Positions 17,848 through 27,963 of a stretch of 64,000 nucleotides of DNA are shown here, in pieces. Made by a program: the position numbers and the translations under genes. The notes beneath the pieces are model-generated. The model worked only from the letters and a program-made list of their open reading frames with translations, had not been told where the DNA came from and did no database searches. Source of the DNA: a virus; the IMG/VR virus record IMGVR_UViG_3300023278_000857, positions 1,398 through 65,397 of that record, one strand, 5' to 3'. Numbering within the stretch: position 1 is the stretch's first letter; every line of letters starts with the position of its first letter.

Positions 17848-18371
17848 GTAAAAAAATTGAAGAAGTTTTTAACATGGCCAGTCCAGAAACACCAGAACAT
17901 ACTACAGCAGATGAAACTGGATTTGATTTAGAATCAATGCAACAAGCATTAGATATTGCTGATAAAATTGACCAAGCATTACCAGCAGTGCGTGATTTAG
18001 AGTCACTTGATAAAGACATGGACGATTATGCCCAACAAGCAATGGATGCGTTTAAGGATCTTATGGACCTTGGACAAAACGTAGAAGACAGACATGCTGC
18101 TCCAGTGTTTGATAGCGCAAGTAAAATGATGACAAATGCCATTACAGCTAAGACAGCAAAGATGGACAAAAAATTAAAGATGATTGAGATGCAAATGCGT
18201 AAACGTAAACTTGATTTAGAAGAAAAGAAAGTTGAAATGCAAATTGCTAAAATTAATGACACCCCAATTGACGGCGGCCCGATTGAAGGTGCTGCTGAAG
18301 AATTTGATCGCTCTAGCCTTATTAACGACATTATGGCAAAAGTAGCAGAATCAAAGAACGGTGATAAATAA
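17844..18371 (+). CDS. Putative terminase small subunit (gp16-like)
   Basis: Helical AFKDLMDLGQNVEDRHAAPVF region resembles T4-like gp16; lies upstream of the terminase large subunit. Confidence 0.45.
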   Translation: MSKKIEEVFNMASPETPEHTTADETGFDLESMQQALDIADKIDQALPAVRDLESLDKDMDDYAQQAMDAFKDLMDLGQNVEDRHAAPVFDSASKMMTNAITAKTAKMDKKLKMIEMQMRKRKLDLEEKKVEMQIAKINDTPIDGGPIEGAAEEFDRSSLINDIMAKVAESKNGDK

Positions 18372-18391
18372 CTATAAGATAGGATAATATT

Positions 18392-18892
18392 ATGAAAAGT
18401 TTAAAGCAATATTTGGCAGAATCTGAGAAAACATATAACTTCAGACTACGTACTGTGGCTGAAATGTCAGATGATCAACTAGATAAATTAGAGAAGCACT
18501 TAGCAAGATACAATGTAGAAAGCGTAAGTTCTCCTAAGACTAGTATTATTCAAAGAAGTCCAGCTGGATTTGGCGATATTGGTCCAAGTGCAGTATTGAC
18601 TATGGAAATTGTAACACACCTACCATGTACTCCAAATGTAATGCAAGAAGAAGTTGCCGCGGCAACTGGTATTCACATTGGCGCAATTAGAATATATAAT
18701 GAGGGTGAGTTTATCGATGAGGAAGAAGATTTAGAAAACTCTACTGAAAAAGATAGCAAAAGTGTATTAGCAGATGCTGATTACAGTGAAGCTGAAAAAG
18801 TAGAACATAAAGATAATTTTGGAAATGAATTTGTTTCTAACTTTGTTAAGAACTTACCTAAATCAGAACTAGCAACAGAGTATAAGGTATAA
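18392..18892 (+). CDS. Putative head-internal protein with capsid-targeting-like N-terminus
   Basis: MKSLKQYLAE|S; late promoter ATAAATA upstream. Confidence 0.55.
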   Translation: MKSLKQYLAESEKTYNFRLRTVAEMSDDQLDKLEKHLARYNVESVSSPKTSIIQRSPAGFGDIGPSAVLTMEIVTHLPCTPNVMQEEVAAATGIHIGAIRIYNEGEFIDEEEDLENSTEKDSKSVLADADYSEAEKVEHKDNFGNEFVSNFVKNLPKSELATEYKV

Positions 18893-18896
18893 AAAA

Positions 18897-19517
18897 ATGG
18901 ATTTAAGAGACTTAGTAAAATTAGCAGGAATTGTAAACCCAGAACTTCTTAACAGAATTGAAACAACAGCAGAAGTTGAAGAAGCAGAAGGCGCAGGCTT
19001 TGAGCAAGCAACAACCGCACCAGATGAACAAATGATGGATGACCCAATGCAATCAATGGGTAGTGATGTAGATACAAGTTTACGCCGTTACTTGAAAGCA
19101 AAAGGCGATCATGTTAGTGTAGACGAAACTGTATATCCAGACCATACAGTGGAAAGTGTAAGCGAAGCATATGCGTCATTTAAAGAAGGCAGTGCTGAAG
19201 ATGAAAAAGCAATAAGACGTGCTTTTGATAAAGCAGACGAACCAGAGCGTGGCGAGAAAAGAAAAAAAGTATCTCTTGAAAAAGCACCATGGGAAAAAGA
19301 CGACGATGATAAAGTAGACGAAGCAAAAGTTGAAGAAGACGATATTGACGAGAATGCTTTTAATCAAGCGGCTGCTGCAGCATCAAGAGCTGGTAAAGAC
19401 AGTTTTGAGTTTGGTGGCAAAACACATAAAACTACAATGAAAAAAGATACAGCACACAAACTATCTGATAGTGTTGATAGTGAGCTAGCAGTACTTAGAA
19501 GAAACGCAGGAATTTAA
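18897..19517 (+). CDS. Acidic putative prohead core/internal protein
   Basis: Highly acidic; KLAGI at the N-terminus and RRNAGI at the C-terminus. Confidence 0.55.
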   Translation: MDLRDLVKLAGIVNPELLNRIETTAEVEEAEGAGFEQATTAPDEQMMDDPMQSMGSDVDTSLRRYLKAKGDHVSVDETVYPDHTVESVSEAYASFKEGSAEDEKAIRRAFDKADEPERGEKRKKVSLEKAPWEKDDDDKVDEAKVEEDDIDENAFNQAAAAASRAGKDSFEFGGKTHKTTMKKDTAHKLSDSVDSELAVLRRNAGI

Positions 19518-19518
19518 T

Positions 19519-20277
19519 ATGGCACATTCAAAAATAGACAATACATTTAATAGAGCAATGGATAAACTAACAGAACTTAGTAGTGTATTCCGTGAAGATG
19601 GAAAACTAGCTGAAGCATGTGGAAGTGATTGCGATTTAAATGGAGTTAGATCTGCTTTTGAAGAACTAATGGGAGCAATGCGTGAAGCACACACAGAAGC
19701 AACCATGGAAGAGTCAGTAACTGAAGATGCTGGCAAAGTTGGCTACATGGAAATGTTCTTTACAGACCGTGATGGTGGTGAAGTTAGTTATGAAGTTGAA
19801 GTTACACTTAACAATGGTAAGCTAGACGTTACTGGCCCTATGCCAGGCCCAGAAGACGACCTATATTGGGATGACGCAGACATTGATGAGCAACTACGTG
19901 ATGCAATGGCTGATCCAAGTGTTATTACTTGGATGAACGAAGCCATGGGCGCACCAGACTACAACCCATCACGTGGTGAATATGATAGTAACCGCGAATA
20001 TGGAATGTTTAGTGACGAAGGCAATGCTGAAGTTGCTGAACTTGTAGACGATATTGTTAAACGACATGAAGCTGGTGAATTTGATAGTCCAGAGCGTGCT
20101 ATTGATGCCGCTATGTCAGACTTAATGACCCTGTCAGATGATAACGATGATTTTGGAGAAGCGTCTGATACAGATGTTAGAGATCAAGTAGCACGTGACT
20201 TAGACAGTCGTATTGGTCGTGATAGTGGATTTGGTGAAGCTATCGAATATATGAAAAAATTAGCAGGAATAGAATAA
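19519..20277 (+). CDS. Acidic putative prohead core/internal protein
   Basis: Highly acidic; ends YMKKLAGIE. Confidence 0.55.
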   Translation: MAHSKIDNTFNRAMDKLTELSSVFREDGKLAEACGSDCDLNGVRSAFEELMGAMREAHTEATMEESVTEDAGKVGYMEMFFTDRDGGEVSYEVEVTLNNGKLDVTGPMPGPEDDLYWDDADIDEQLRDAMADPSVITWMNEAMGAPDYNPSRGEYDSNREYGMFSDEGNAEVAELVDDIVKRHEAGEFDSPERAIDAAMSDLMTLSDDNDDFGEASDTDVRDQVARDLDSRIGRDSGFGEAIEYMKKLAGIE

Positions 20278-20621
20278 TGAAATCATTTACTGAATATTTA
20301 AACGAAGGAACTAAAGGTTGTTCTGATTGTGAATACATGAAAGACGAAACTGATGGTGAAATTGACACATGTGATGAGTGTGCTGCTGAGAAGCGTGAAA
20401 AAACTAATGAAGCTGGCGGATACTACACCCAACCAATATACGATATGATCGAAGAGCATGGTATTGATAAAGTAATGCACGAACTACTAACTGCCTTAGA
20501 CGCAGATGTTATACAAGCCGCACTGTCTAGAATGGCAAAAAATTTAGATGAAGCAACAAATGATGAGCATACACACGCACACGAAGAATTAGATTACTTG
20601 CGCAAACTAGCGGGTATATAA
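20277..20621 (+). CDS. Putative head-internal protein
   Basis: MKSFTEYLNE|G; two CxxC pairs; ends YLRKLAGI. Confidence 0.55.
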   Translation: MKSFTEYLNEGTKGCSDCEYMKDETDGEIDTCDECAAEKREKTNEAGGYYTQPIYDMIEEHGIDKVMHELLTALDADVIQAALSRMAKNLDEATNDEHTHAHEELDYLRKLAGI

Positions 20622-20657
20622 TATACAACCCTTAATTACAGGCTTAAGGTTTACATT

Positions 20658-20696
20658 GGGGAGACTAACAATATAAATTGTTGTCTCCCCTTTTTT
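20658..20696 (+). terminator. Rho-independent terminator
   Basis: GGGGAGAC...GTCTCCCC hairpin followed by TTTTTT. Confidence 0.75.
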
Positions 20697-20716
20697 AACT
20701 CAACATAAGTAATAGT

Positions 20717-22273
20717 ATGTCAGTAGATACAAAACTAACCAAAACCCCATATCAAAGAGAAAAGTATACAAGTGAGCAACTGCAAGAACTTGCTAGGTGT
20801 ACTATTGATCCACAACACTTTATTACAGAGTACTGTTGGATTCAGCATCCTACTAAAGGACGTTTAAAGTTTGATCTCTTTGATTATCAGCGTGGACTGT
20901 TAGATAGTTACCACGATAACAGATATAGTATTGCGCTCATTAGTAGACAAATGGGTAAGTCAACAGCGGCGGCGGCATACTTACTATGGTATGCGATGTT
21001 TATGCCTGACCAAACTATCCTTATTGCGGCACACAAATACAGTGGCGCACAAGAGATTATGCAACGTATACGATTTGCTTACGAATTACTACCAAACTTT
21101 ATACGAGCAGGTGTTACCGCATATAACAAAGGTAGTTTAGAATTTGACAATGGTAGCCGTATTGTAGCACAAGCAACTACTGAAAATACTGGACGTGGTT
21201 TGTCTATCTCACTAGCATACTTAGACGAGTTTGCGTTTGTGCGACCTACCATTGCCCGTGAATTTTGGACAGCATTGTCACCAACACTTAGTACAGGTGG
21301 TAAATGTATTATTACAAGTACACCAAACCAAGACGATGACCAATTTGCCCAAATTTGGCGTTCAGCACTAAAAACTACTGATGCTTACGGTAATGAACGT
21401 TTAGTAGGTGAGAATGGATTTAAAGCATACAGTGCTGATTGGACATTTCATCCAGATAGAGACCAAGAATGGGCAGACGTAGAACAAGGTAAGATTGGTG
21501 AAGAACGTTTCCGTCGTGAACACTTAAATGAATTTATTGCGTTTGATGAAACACTTATTGATAGCTTAAAACTAACGCTATTAGAACATAAAGATGTTTA
21601 TAAAAAGACAGGACAGGTGCGTTGGTATCGTCCAATACAAAACGGAAAAACTTATATAGCAGGACTTGATCCTAGTTTAGGTACAGGAGGCGACAATGCC
21701 GCAATACAAGTTTATGAATTACCAGGTATGCGACAAGTTGCTGAATGGATGCACAACAAAACGCCAATACAACAGCAAATTAAAATACTACGTGGAATGT
21801 TAGCTGATATACAAACAGGCGCACCAGAAAGTGAAATCTACTGGAGTGTAGAGAATAATACACTTGGAGAAGCAGCACTAGTAGTAATTAATGAAATGGG
21901 CGAAGAGAATATAGCTGGTACATTTATTAGTGAACCACGTAAGTCTGGTTCAAGTAGAGGTTATAGAAAAGGGTTTACAACTACAAATAAAAGTAAACTT
22001 GCTGCTTGTAGTAAATTTAAAAACTGGATTGAAGTTGATAAAATGGAAATTGCTAGTAGTACATTGTTACGTGAAACAAAAACATTCATTGCTCGTGGTG
22101 CTAGTTATGCCGCAAAAGAAGGCGAAACAGATGATTTAGTAATGGCTGCACTACTTGTTGTACGTGTTGCTCAGCAAGTAGCGCAATATGATGAAGTTAC
22201 ATATAATGAGTTAAAAGATAGTTTTGGTGAAGAAGAAGACCTCGCTCCTATGCCATTTACGTTTTTGGTATAA
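20717..22273 (+). CDS. gp17: Terminase large subunit
   Basis: Walker A SRQMGKST, Walker B YLDEFAF, STPN coupling motif, RNase H-like GLDPS and DDLVMA. Confidence 0.95.
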   Translation: MSVDTKLTKTPYQREKYTSEQLQELARCTIDPQHFITEYCWIQHPTKGRLKFDLFDYQRGLLDSYHDNRYSIALISRQMGKSTAAAAYLLWYAMFMPDQTILIAAHKYSGAQEIMQRIRFAYELLPNFIRAGVTAYNKGSLEFDNGSRIVAQATTENTGRGLSISLAYLDEFAFVRPTIAREFWTALSPTLSTGGKCIITSTPNQDDDQFAQIWRSALKTTDAYGNERLVGENGFKAYSADWTFHPDRDQEWADVEQGKIGEERFRREHLNEFIAFDETLIDSLKLTLLEHKDVYKKTGQVRWYRPIQNGKTYIAGLDPSLGTGGDNAAIQVYELPGMRQVAEWMHNKTPIQQQIKILRGMLADIQTGAPESEIYWSVENNTLGEAALVVINEMGEENIAGTFISEPRKSGSSRGYRKGFTTTNKSKLAACSKFKNWIEVDKMEIASSTLLRETKTFIARGASYAAKEGETDDLVMAALLVVRVAQQVAQYDEVTYNELKDSFGEEEDLAPMPFTFLV

Positions 22274-22300
22274 ATACATTATATAGAAAGTTAAAGAAAT

Positions 22301-23665
22301 ATGTTGAGTTCAGAATTAGTTGCAGAAAAGATGTTTAAAATACTCAAAGGCAACGGTCATGATTTAAAATTGTATACTGATCAAGGTGCTGATACAGTAG
22401 ATCCTTCAGTGGCTAGACGATTTTATATAATAGACAATGGAACTATGATTAGTTTAGATGAAACTGAAAATACTCGTAATATAAAAGTGAGTTTAGGATC
22501 AAATGTAGATCATCAATCAATAAAAGAAACATTGGGACAAATTAAAAGTTTAGCCAATCGTAGCATTATTGAATACACACTAAAAAATTATACTAAGTCA
22601 ATTGAACCAAAAGATTTCGACTACCAAGCTCAAAAGGTAAAAGATATGAATCAAGATACAGTAAATGAAGGCATCGGAGCCGCATACGGAAGTAGCAAAA
22701 GCAGCTACCAAAAATTAGAAAGTGCTAGACTTGTTATTAAACATAACAAAGCAGTGAATGAAGAACAACGTGGATCACGTAGTAGAAACATTCAAGCCAT
22801 CTACATTGAAAACAGCGAAGGCGAACGTTACAAGTTTCCAAGTAATAACTTAGCAGGCGGTAGAGCTATGCTACGTCACGTACAAGCTGGTGGTAATCCA
22901 ATGGATGACTTCGGAAAGCATATCGCAGAACAATGTTCAGAATTAAAGAAACTTAAAGAGTTTAGACGTTATAGTGAAAAGAATGGACTTGTTAACGAAG
23001 ATACAGCAGATATTGTAGAAGCGGTTATTGGACGTATTAACAGTATACGTGAAACATTAAATCGTATGAAGGGCGCAAGAACCTATTCATCAATGATTGA
23101 AGCATTTACGGCCAGTGATGAGCAACTGGACGAAGATGGACTAGACGATATCAAAACAAAATTTACAGTACATCACTTTGATGAAAATGTAGAAGGCGCA
23201 CTACCTTATGTTCAGTCACTTGTAAGAGAGATGCAAGCAGTACGTGAACACAATACAAAAGTAGCAGAAACAATCAACAACCTTGTAAGCGTTGTTGAAA
23301 ACAGTGGTAAAACAGTTTGGGTTAAAGAAGGCACCGACATTGTCGGCGATCCTGAAAATCCAATGAACCACACATTTGAGAATTCTTCAGCACGAGCGCA
23401 ACTAGGCGCAGTGATGGAGTATATTGCTAACGTTCTTGATGAGAGCGAAAGCACAATGTCGAATTGTCTTGCAGAAGCAAGTAAATTGGTTGACAGCATC
23501 AACGACGATGCTATACTGGGTAAATCAGCAAAAGCACTTGCTTCGCTGATGCCTAAACTACAGCCAACACACAATGAGACACCAGTACATGCTGAAACTA
23601 ATCAATGGGAAGACGATATCAATACCGTACTTGAAAACTACGATATTAATAAACTTTTTACTTGA
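22301..23665 (+). CDS. Hypothetical, probably head/virion protein
   Basis: 454-aa ORF behind late promoter TATAAATA; several (V/L)xE processing-like sites. Confidence 0.65.
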   Translation: MLSSELVAEKMFKILKGNGHDLKLYTDQGADTVDPSVARRFYIIDNGTMISLDETENTRNIKVSLGSNVDHQSIKETLGQIKSLANRSIIEYTLKNYTKSIEPKDFDYQAQKVKDMNQDTVNEGIGAAYGSSKSSYQKLESARLVIKHNKAVNEEQRGSRSRNIQAIYIENSEGERYKFPSNNLAGGRAMLRHVQAGGNPMDDFGKHIAEQCSELKKLKEFRRYSEKNGLVNEDTADIVEAVIGRINSIRETLNRMKGARTYSSMIEAFTASDEQLDEDGLDDIKTKFTVHHFDENVEGALPYVQSLVREMQAVREHNTKVAETINNLVSVVENSGKTVWVKEGTDIVGDPENPMNHTFENSSARAQLGAVMEYIANVLDESESTMSNCLAEASKLVDSINDDAILGKSAKALASLMPKLQPTHNETPVHAETNQWEDDINTVLENYDINKLFT

Positions 23666-23690
23666 CAAGTTAACGCAGGTATATTATATT
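23662..23690 (+). promoter_or_regulatory. sigma70-like promoter for the SSB/UvsX operon
   Basis: TTGACA-17bp-TATATT. Confidence 0.65.
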
Positions 23691-23779
23691 AGTGATAATA
23701 AGTACATTGTCACTTAGGCAAACTTAGGCAAAAGTTGCATTACGCAACACACATAGGCAAACATATTAGGAGAATAACT

Positions 23780-24808
23780 ATGGCATCATTGGCAGAAATT
23801 AAAGCAAAACTACAAGCACAGGACAACAGCGGTCCAAGCAAACAAAGCGGCGGTGGCGATAACGCAATTTACCCGTTTTGGAATATCCCAGAAAATTCAA
23901 CAAGTGTAATTCGTTTCCTTCCAGATGGAGATACGAGTAATACTTTCTTTTGGCGTGAGCGTCAAATGATTCGCATGGAGTTTCAAGGAATTGAAGGACA
24001 ACCAGACAGTCGTCGTTGTGTTGTAAACGTTCCATGTAATGAAATGTGGGGACCAGTTGGAAGCTGTCCAGTTCTTTCAGAAGTACGACAGTGGTTTAAA
24101 GATCCAAGTCTTGAAGACATGGGCCGTAAGTATTGGAAAAAACGTTCATACGTATTCCAAGGTTTTGTAACTGAGAACTCACTTGATGAGGAATCTCCAG
24201 AAAATCCAATCCGTCGATTCGTAATTAATCCAAGTATCTTCAATATTATTAAAGGTGCTCTAATGAGCAGTGACTTTGAAGAACTACCTACAGATTACGA
24301 AGCTGGTACAGACTTCCGTCTTACTAAAACAACAAAAGGCCAATACGCAGATTATTCAACTAGTGGCTGGGCTCGTCGAGAGCGTAGTTTGGATAGTAAC
24401 GAACGTGCAGCAATTGAAACACACGGATTGTATAATCTAAATGACTATCTTCCAAAGCAACCAAGTGAAGCAGAGTTGGCAGTAATTGCTGAAATGTTTG
24501 AAGCTAGTGTTGATGGTAAAATGTATGATCCAGTACGTTGGGGTAATTTTTATCGCCCAGCAGGTGTACAAATTGATACGTCAAATAGTATGCCTAACAA
24601 TGGTAGTGCGCCAACAGCGGTATCTACTCCAGTAGCAACACCAGCACCACAGCCAGTGGCAGTATCTGCTCCAGTAGCAGAAGCAACTACTGATACAGGT
24701 TGGCAAGCACCTACTCCTGCGCCAACACCAACACCTGCTCCAGTAGCAGCTGAAGGTGAAAAGCCAAGTGCACAGGACATCTTAGCAGCAATCCGCTCAA
24801 GAGCATAA
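23780..24808 (+). CDS. gp32: Single-stranded DNA-binding protein (T4 gp32-like)
   Basis: AGGAG before ATG23780; IRFLP, Zn ligands C...CP, YWKKR, DF.L.K...ADYS; Pro/Ala-rich tail. Confidence 0.88.
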   Translation: MASLAEIKAKLQAQDNSGPSKQSGGGDNAIYPFWNIPENSTSVIRFLPDGDTSNTFFWRERQMIRMEFQGIEGQPDSRRCVVNVPCNEMWGPVGSCPVLSEVRQWFKDPSLEDMGRKYWKKRSYVFQGFVTENSLDEESPENPIRRFVINPSIFNIIKGALMSSDFEELPTDYEAGTDFRLTKTTKGQYADYSTSGWARRERSLDSNERAAIETHGLYNLNDYLPKQPSEAELAVIAEMFEASVDGKMYDPVRWGNFYRPAGVQIDTSNSMPNNGSAPTAVSTPVATPAPQPVAVSAPVAEATTDTGWQAPTPAPTPTPAPVAAEGEKPSAQDILAAIRSRA

Positions 24809-24826
24809 ATCCTTAACAAACAAATA

Positions 24827-24859
24827 GGGGCGACAGGTAGTCGCCCCACACTTTCTTTT
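24827..24859 (+). terminator. Terminator/attenuator hairpin between gp32 and uvsX
   Basis: GGGGCGAC/GTCGCCCC stem then a T-rich tract. Confidence 0.6.
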
Positions 24860-24871
24860 TAGGAGACAATA

Positions 24872-25996
24872 ATGGCACGACCATTTGATATTAGTAAATT
24901 CCGTAAGAGTATTACAAAAGCGGTACCCGGACTAAGTGTCGGGTTTAATGATCCAGATACTTGGATTTCAACAGGTAATTATACACTAAACAAACTTATT
25001 AGTGGAGACTTTAACAAAGGTATTCCACTAGGCAAAGTATCAGTACTAGCTGGTGAATCAGGCGCAGGCAAATCATATATTGCGGCTGGCAACATTGTTA
25101 AACAAGCACAACTTCAGAACATTTTTGTTGTGTTAATTGATACTGAAAACGCACTAGATGAGACTTGGTTACATGCACTGGATGTAGATACTAGTCCTGA
25201 AAAATTGCTAAAACTTAACTTAGCAATGATTGACGATGTAGCCAAAGTTATGAGTGATTTCATGACAGACTACAAAAAAGATTACGCAGATACAGACAAG
25301 GACGAACGTCCTAAAGTATTGTTTGTGATTGACTCATTAGGCATGATGTTGACACCAACTGATGTTAAACAGTTTGAAGCAGGTGACATGAAAGGTGACC
25401 TTGGACGTAAGCCCAAAGCATTAACATCGCTTGTTCGTAACACTGTTAACATGTTGGGCGAATACAATGTAGGGCTAATGGCAACTAACCACACATACGC
25501 ATCACAAGATATGTTTGACCCAGATGATAAGATTTCAGGCGGACAAGGCTTTATCTATGCTAGTAGTATTGTGGTAGCAATGCGCAAGTTAAAACTAAAA
25601 ACTGATTCAGACGGCAATAAGACTTCACAAGTACATGGTATTAGAGCGGCATGTAAAGTAATGAAAACACGTTATGCTAAACCGTTTGAAAGTGTACAAG
25701 TGGAAATTCCATATGAAACTGGTATGAGTCCATATAGTGGTCTTGTTGAGTTTTTGGAAGCAAAAGATGTACTCAAGAAAAGCGGCAACAGTTTAGAATA
25801 CACTAGCCCGACAACAGGCGAAGTAATTAAAATGTTCCGTAAACCTTGGAATGCTAACAAAGACGGCGCCTTAGATCTTATTATGTCAGAATGGGACGAT
25901 AAAGTCGCTGATGCCGTAAAAGAAGATATTGATGTAGATGAACTAAATAACGAGAACACATTATCTGAGGAAACTGAATCATATGAAACTAAGTGA
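24872..25996 (+). CDS. uvsX: RecA-like recombinase UvsX
   Basis: GESGAGKS P-loop, IDTENALD, VIDSLG, GGQGFIYASS. Confidence 0.92.
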   Translation: MARPFDISKFRKSITKAVPGLSVGFNDPDTWISTGNYTLNKLISGDFNKGIPLGKVSVLAGESGAGKSYIAAGNIVKQAQLQNIFVVLIDTENALDETWLHALDVDTSPEKLLKLNLAMIDDVAKVMSDFMTDYKKDYADTDKDERPKVLFVIDSLGMMLTPTDVKQFEAGDMKGDLGRKPKALTSLVRNTVNMLGEYNVGLMATNHTYASQDMFDPDDKISGGQGFIYASSIVVAMRKLKLKTDSDGNKTSQVHGIRAACKVMKTRYAKPFESVQVEIPYETGMSPYSGLVEFLEAKDVLKKSGNSLEYTSPTTGEVIKMFRKPWNANKDGALDLIMSEWDDKVADAVKEDIDVDELNNENTLSEETESYETK

Positions 25997-26231
25997 AGAC
26001 GAAATTGAACAGTTCGTGAATCTTTGGATGGCAGTAAAGCCATACATTACAGCAAAGGACAAGTATGACGCTTGCCAAAAGTTCTTAATGACCCTTGAAG
26101 ATTCAATTGATATTGAAGAAGTATCTGATGAACTAGTTGGTTTTGACGGAACTATTGACAAAGTTATCCGAGACAAATATACTGAATATGTAGATTTGGA
26201 CGAGTTTAACGAAGATGATGAAGAATGGTAA
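25983..26231 (+). CDS. Small acidic hypothetical protein
   Basis: Coupled between uvsX and uvsY. Confidence 0.7.
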   Translation: MKLSEDEIEQFVNLWMAVKPYITAKDKYDACQKFLMTLEDSIDIEEVSDELVGFDGTIDKVIRDKYTEYVDLDEFNEDDEEW

Positions 26232-26687
26232 ATGAGCTGGTTTAACGATATACGAAAAGATATCAGTAACATTATCCCTGCAATTGATTATTACGAAAAA
26301 GAATTAGACGAAGCACGTAAAGAGTGTGGCCTTAAAGGCAGTGTTGAAAGACATTCACGAGACATGCCTGGTATAATTGAATATCGTTTTAATCAGTTAC
26401 AGGAGATAGAAGCAGTACTTGAATATCTGAATATAGAACTTCGTAAAATAAAAACACAGAAGTATAAAAAGTTTCTAGAGCATTATAATCGTGCTCTAAG
26501 TAGCCGTGATGCTGACAAGTATGCTGAAGGCGAGCAAGATGTTATTGATCAGCAACATATCTGTAATGAGTTTGCTCTTATACGAAACAAGTATATGGGA
26601 CTAATCAAAGCACTAGATGCTAAAGGTTTCCAGATTAACAACATTGTAAAATTAAGATCAGCAGGATTAGAAGATATTTCATTATGA
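26232..26687 (+). CDS. uvsY: UvsY-like recombination mediator
   Basis: Helical protein, YNRALSSRDADKYAEGE, KALDAKGFQINNIVKLRSAG; adjacent to uvsX. Confidence 0.65.
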   Translation: MSWFNDIRKDISNIIPAIDYYEKELDEARKECGLKGSVERHSRDMPGIIEYRFNQLQEIEAVLEYLNIELRKIKTQKYKKFLEHYNRALSSRDADKYAEGEQDVIDQQHICNEFALIRNKYMGLIKALDAKGFQINNIVKLRSAGLEDISL

Positions 26688-26839
26688 GTAAAAAAACATG
26701 TGACGCATTTTTCTGTACAAAACAAACACCTAAGAAATATCGTTACTGTTATGACTGCGCCAAAAACAAAGGCTTAATTGGTAGTACCAACTGGATTGGT
26801 TGGCTAATATTAATTTTAATTTTAATGGCATTTTTTTAA
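26684..26839 (+). CDS. 51-aa Cys-rich protein with C-terminal transmembrane segment (absent from ORF track)
   Basis: MSKKTCDAFFCTKQTPKKYRYCYDCAKNKGLIGSTNWIGWLILILILMAFF*; ATGA overlap with uvsY stop. Confidence 0.6.
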   Translation: MSKKTCDAFFCTKQTPKKYRYCYDCAKNKGLIGSTNWIGWLILILILMAFF

Positions 26840-26848
26840 AAAACCGGC

Positions 26849-26877
26849 TTGACAACCAAGACGTCTTACTGTATATT
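26849..26877 (+). promoter_or_regulatory. sigma70-like promoter with palindromic operator AAGACGTCTT in the spacer
   Basis: TTGACA-ACCAAGACGTCTTACTG-TATATT. Confidence 0.7.
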
Positions 26878-26913
26878 ATAAGAGTAAGTTAATTGTTAAG
26901 AAGGTAGCTTTAC

Positions 26914-27117
26914 ATGAGAGGTCCTAAAACATGGCCGTCGGAAGTTATTAATACAAAAGGTCATTGGGCCGTTGATACTGAATGGACCAGAGTTGGTAGC
27001 AAAGGTGATGAATACACTATTAAACTAACAAATGCTGGATGGCAATGTGATTGTCCAGCATTTCGTAAATGTAAACATATCAAATCTATTGAGGAATTGT
27101 TTAACAATGATGTATAG
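26914..27117 (+). CDS. SWIM zinc-finger protein
   Basis: WQCDCPAFRKCKHI. Confidence 0.7.
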   Translation: MRGPKTWPSEVINTKGHWAVDTEWTRVGSKGDEYTIKLTNAGWQCDCPAFRKCKHIKSIEELFNNDV

Positions 27118-27481
27118 TGTAATCGGCGGTACTAAAAAAGAACGACAACTGGTAACAGAAGCACTATGGTTTGCTAAAGATTACTGGTTGCCACGCCACC
27201 GTAAACTAGCAGTTGATGTAGAGATTGCGCCAGGATTGGCCGCTGAAGCAGACTGTTTAGAAGGCGATGATGATCGTGAGTATGAGATCCGTGTTCGCAA
27301 AGGTCTGAAAGCTGAAGACCTTATTACTGCTATCTTCCATGAGTTTGTACATATTAAACAAGCAGTACGTAAAGAGTTTCCCATGTTTGAACCTAGCGAT
27401 ATTCCTTACTTTGAACGTCCTTGGGAGATTGAAGCATATGCTGAACAAGAAAAAATGTTAAAAAAATACAAAAAAAGTTAA
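27107..27481 (+). CDS. Small zincin-like metallopeptidase (HExxH)
   Basis: TAIFHEFVHIKQ and PWEIEAY motifs; start 27107 more likely than 27032. Confidence 0.65.
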   Translation: MMYSVIGGTKKERQLVTEALWFAKDYWLPRHRKLAVDVEIAPGLAAEADCLEGDDDREYEIRVRKGLKAEDLITAIFHEFVHIKQAVRKEFPMFEPSDIPYFERPWEIEAYAEQEKMLKKYKKS

Positions 27482-27489
27482 ATTAGGTA

Positions 27490-27518
27490 TTGACATCTTG
27501 GTCTAGAACTGCTAGACA
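27490..27518 (+). promoter_or_regulatory. sigma70-like early promoter (TCTAGAACTGCTAGA family)
   Basis: TTGACA then a spacer shared with the promoter at 33238. Confidence 0.5.
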
Positions 27519-27551
27519 TTATGTATAAGTTAAGCAAACAGGAGTTAGCAA

Positions 27552-27959
27552 ATGGCGTATGTATCACAAGAAACGAAAAAAGAATTAGCACCAGGCATCA
27601 AAGCAGTGCTAAAAAAGTATCGTATGAAAGCTAGCATTAGTGTTAACAATCACTCAACAATTTGTGTAAACATTAAGAGCGGTCCAATTGACTTTATTGG
27701 TGAAGCTAATAAAAAGAATATGGAGATCGCAGAACGCCGTGGTACACCATACTATGAAAATGATGGATACATTCAAGTAAACCCTTACTATCCTGAAACA
27801 TATGGTGACGCTAGTGACTTTCTAGTAGAGCTAGTAGATGCTATGAAAGGCCAAAATTATTTTAACAATGATGACGCAATGACTGATTACTTTAGTCGTT
27901 CACACTACACTGATGTTAATGTTGGTAAGTGGAATAAACCATATACATTGGAGGTATAA
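27552..27959 (+). CDS. Hypothetical early protein
   Basis: CAGGAG RBS, 135 aa. Confidence 0.7.
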   Translation: MAYVSQETKKELAPGIKAVLKKYRMKASISVNNHSTICVNIKSGPIDFIGEANKKNMEIAERRGTPYYENDGYIQVNPYYPETYGDASDFLVELVDAMKGQNYFNNDDAMTDYFSRSHYTDVNVGKWNKPYTLEV

Positions 27960-27963
27960 GTTA

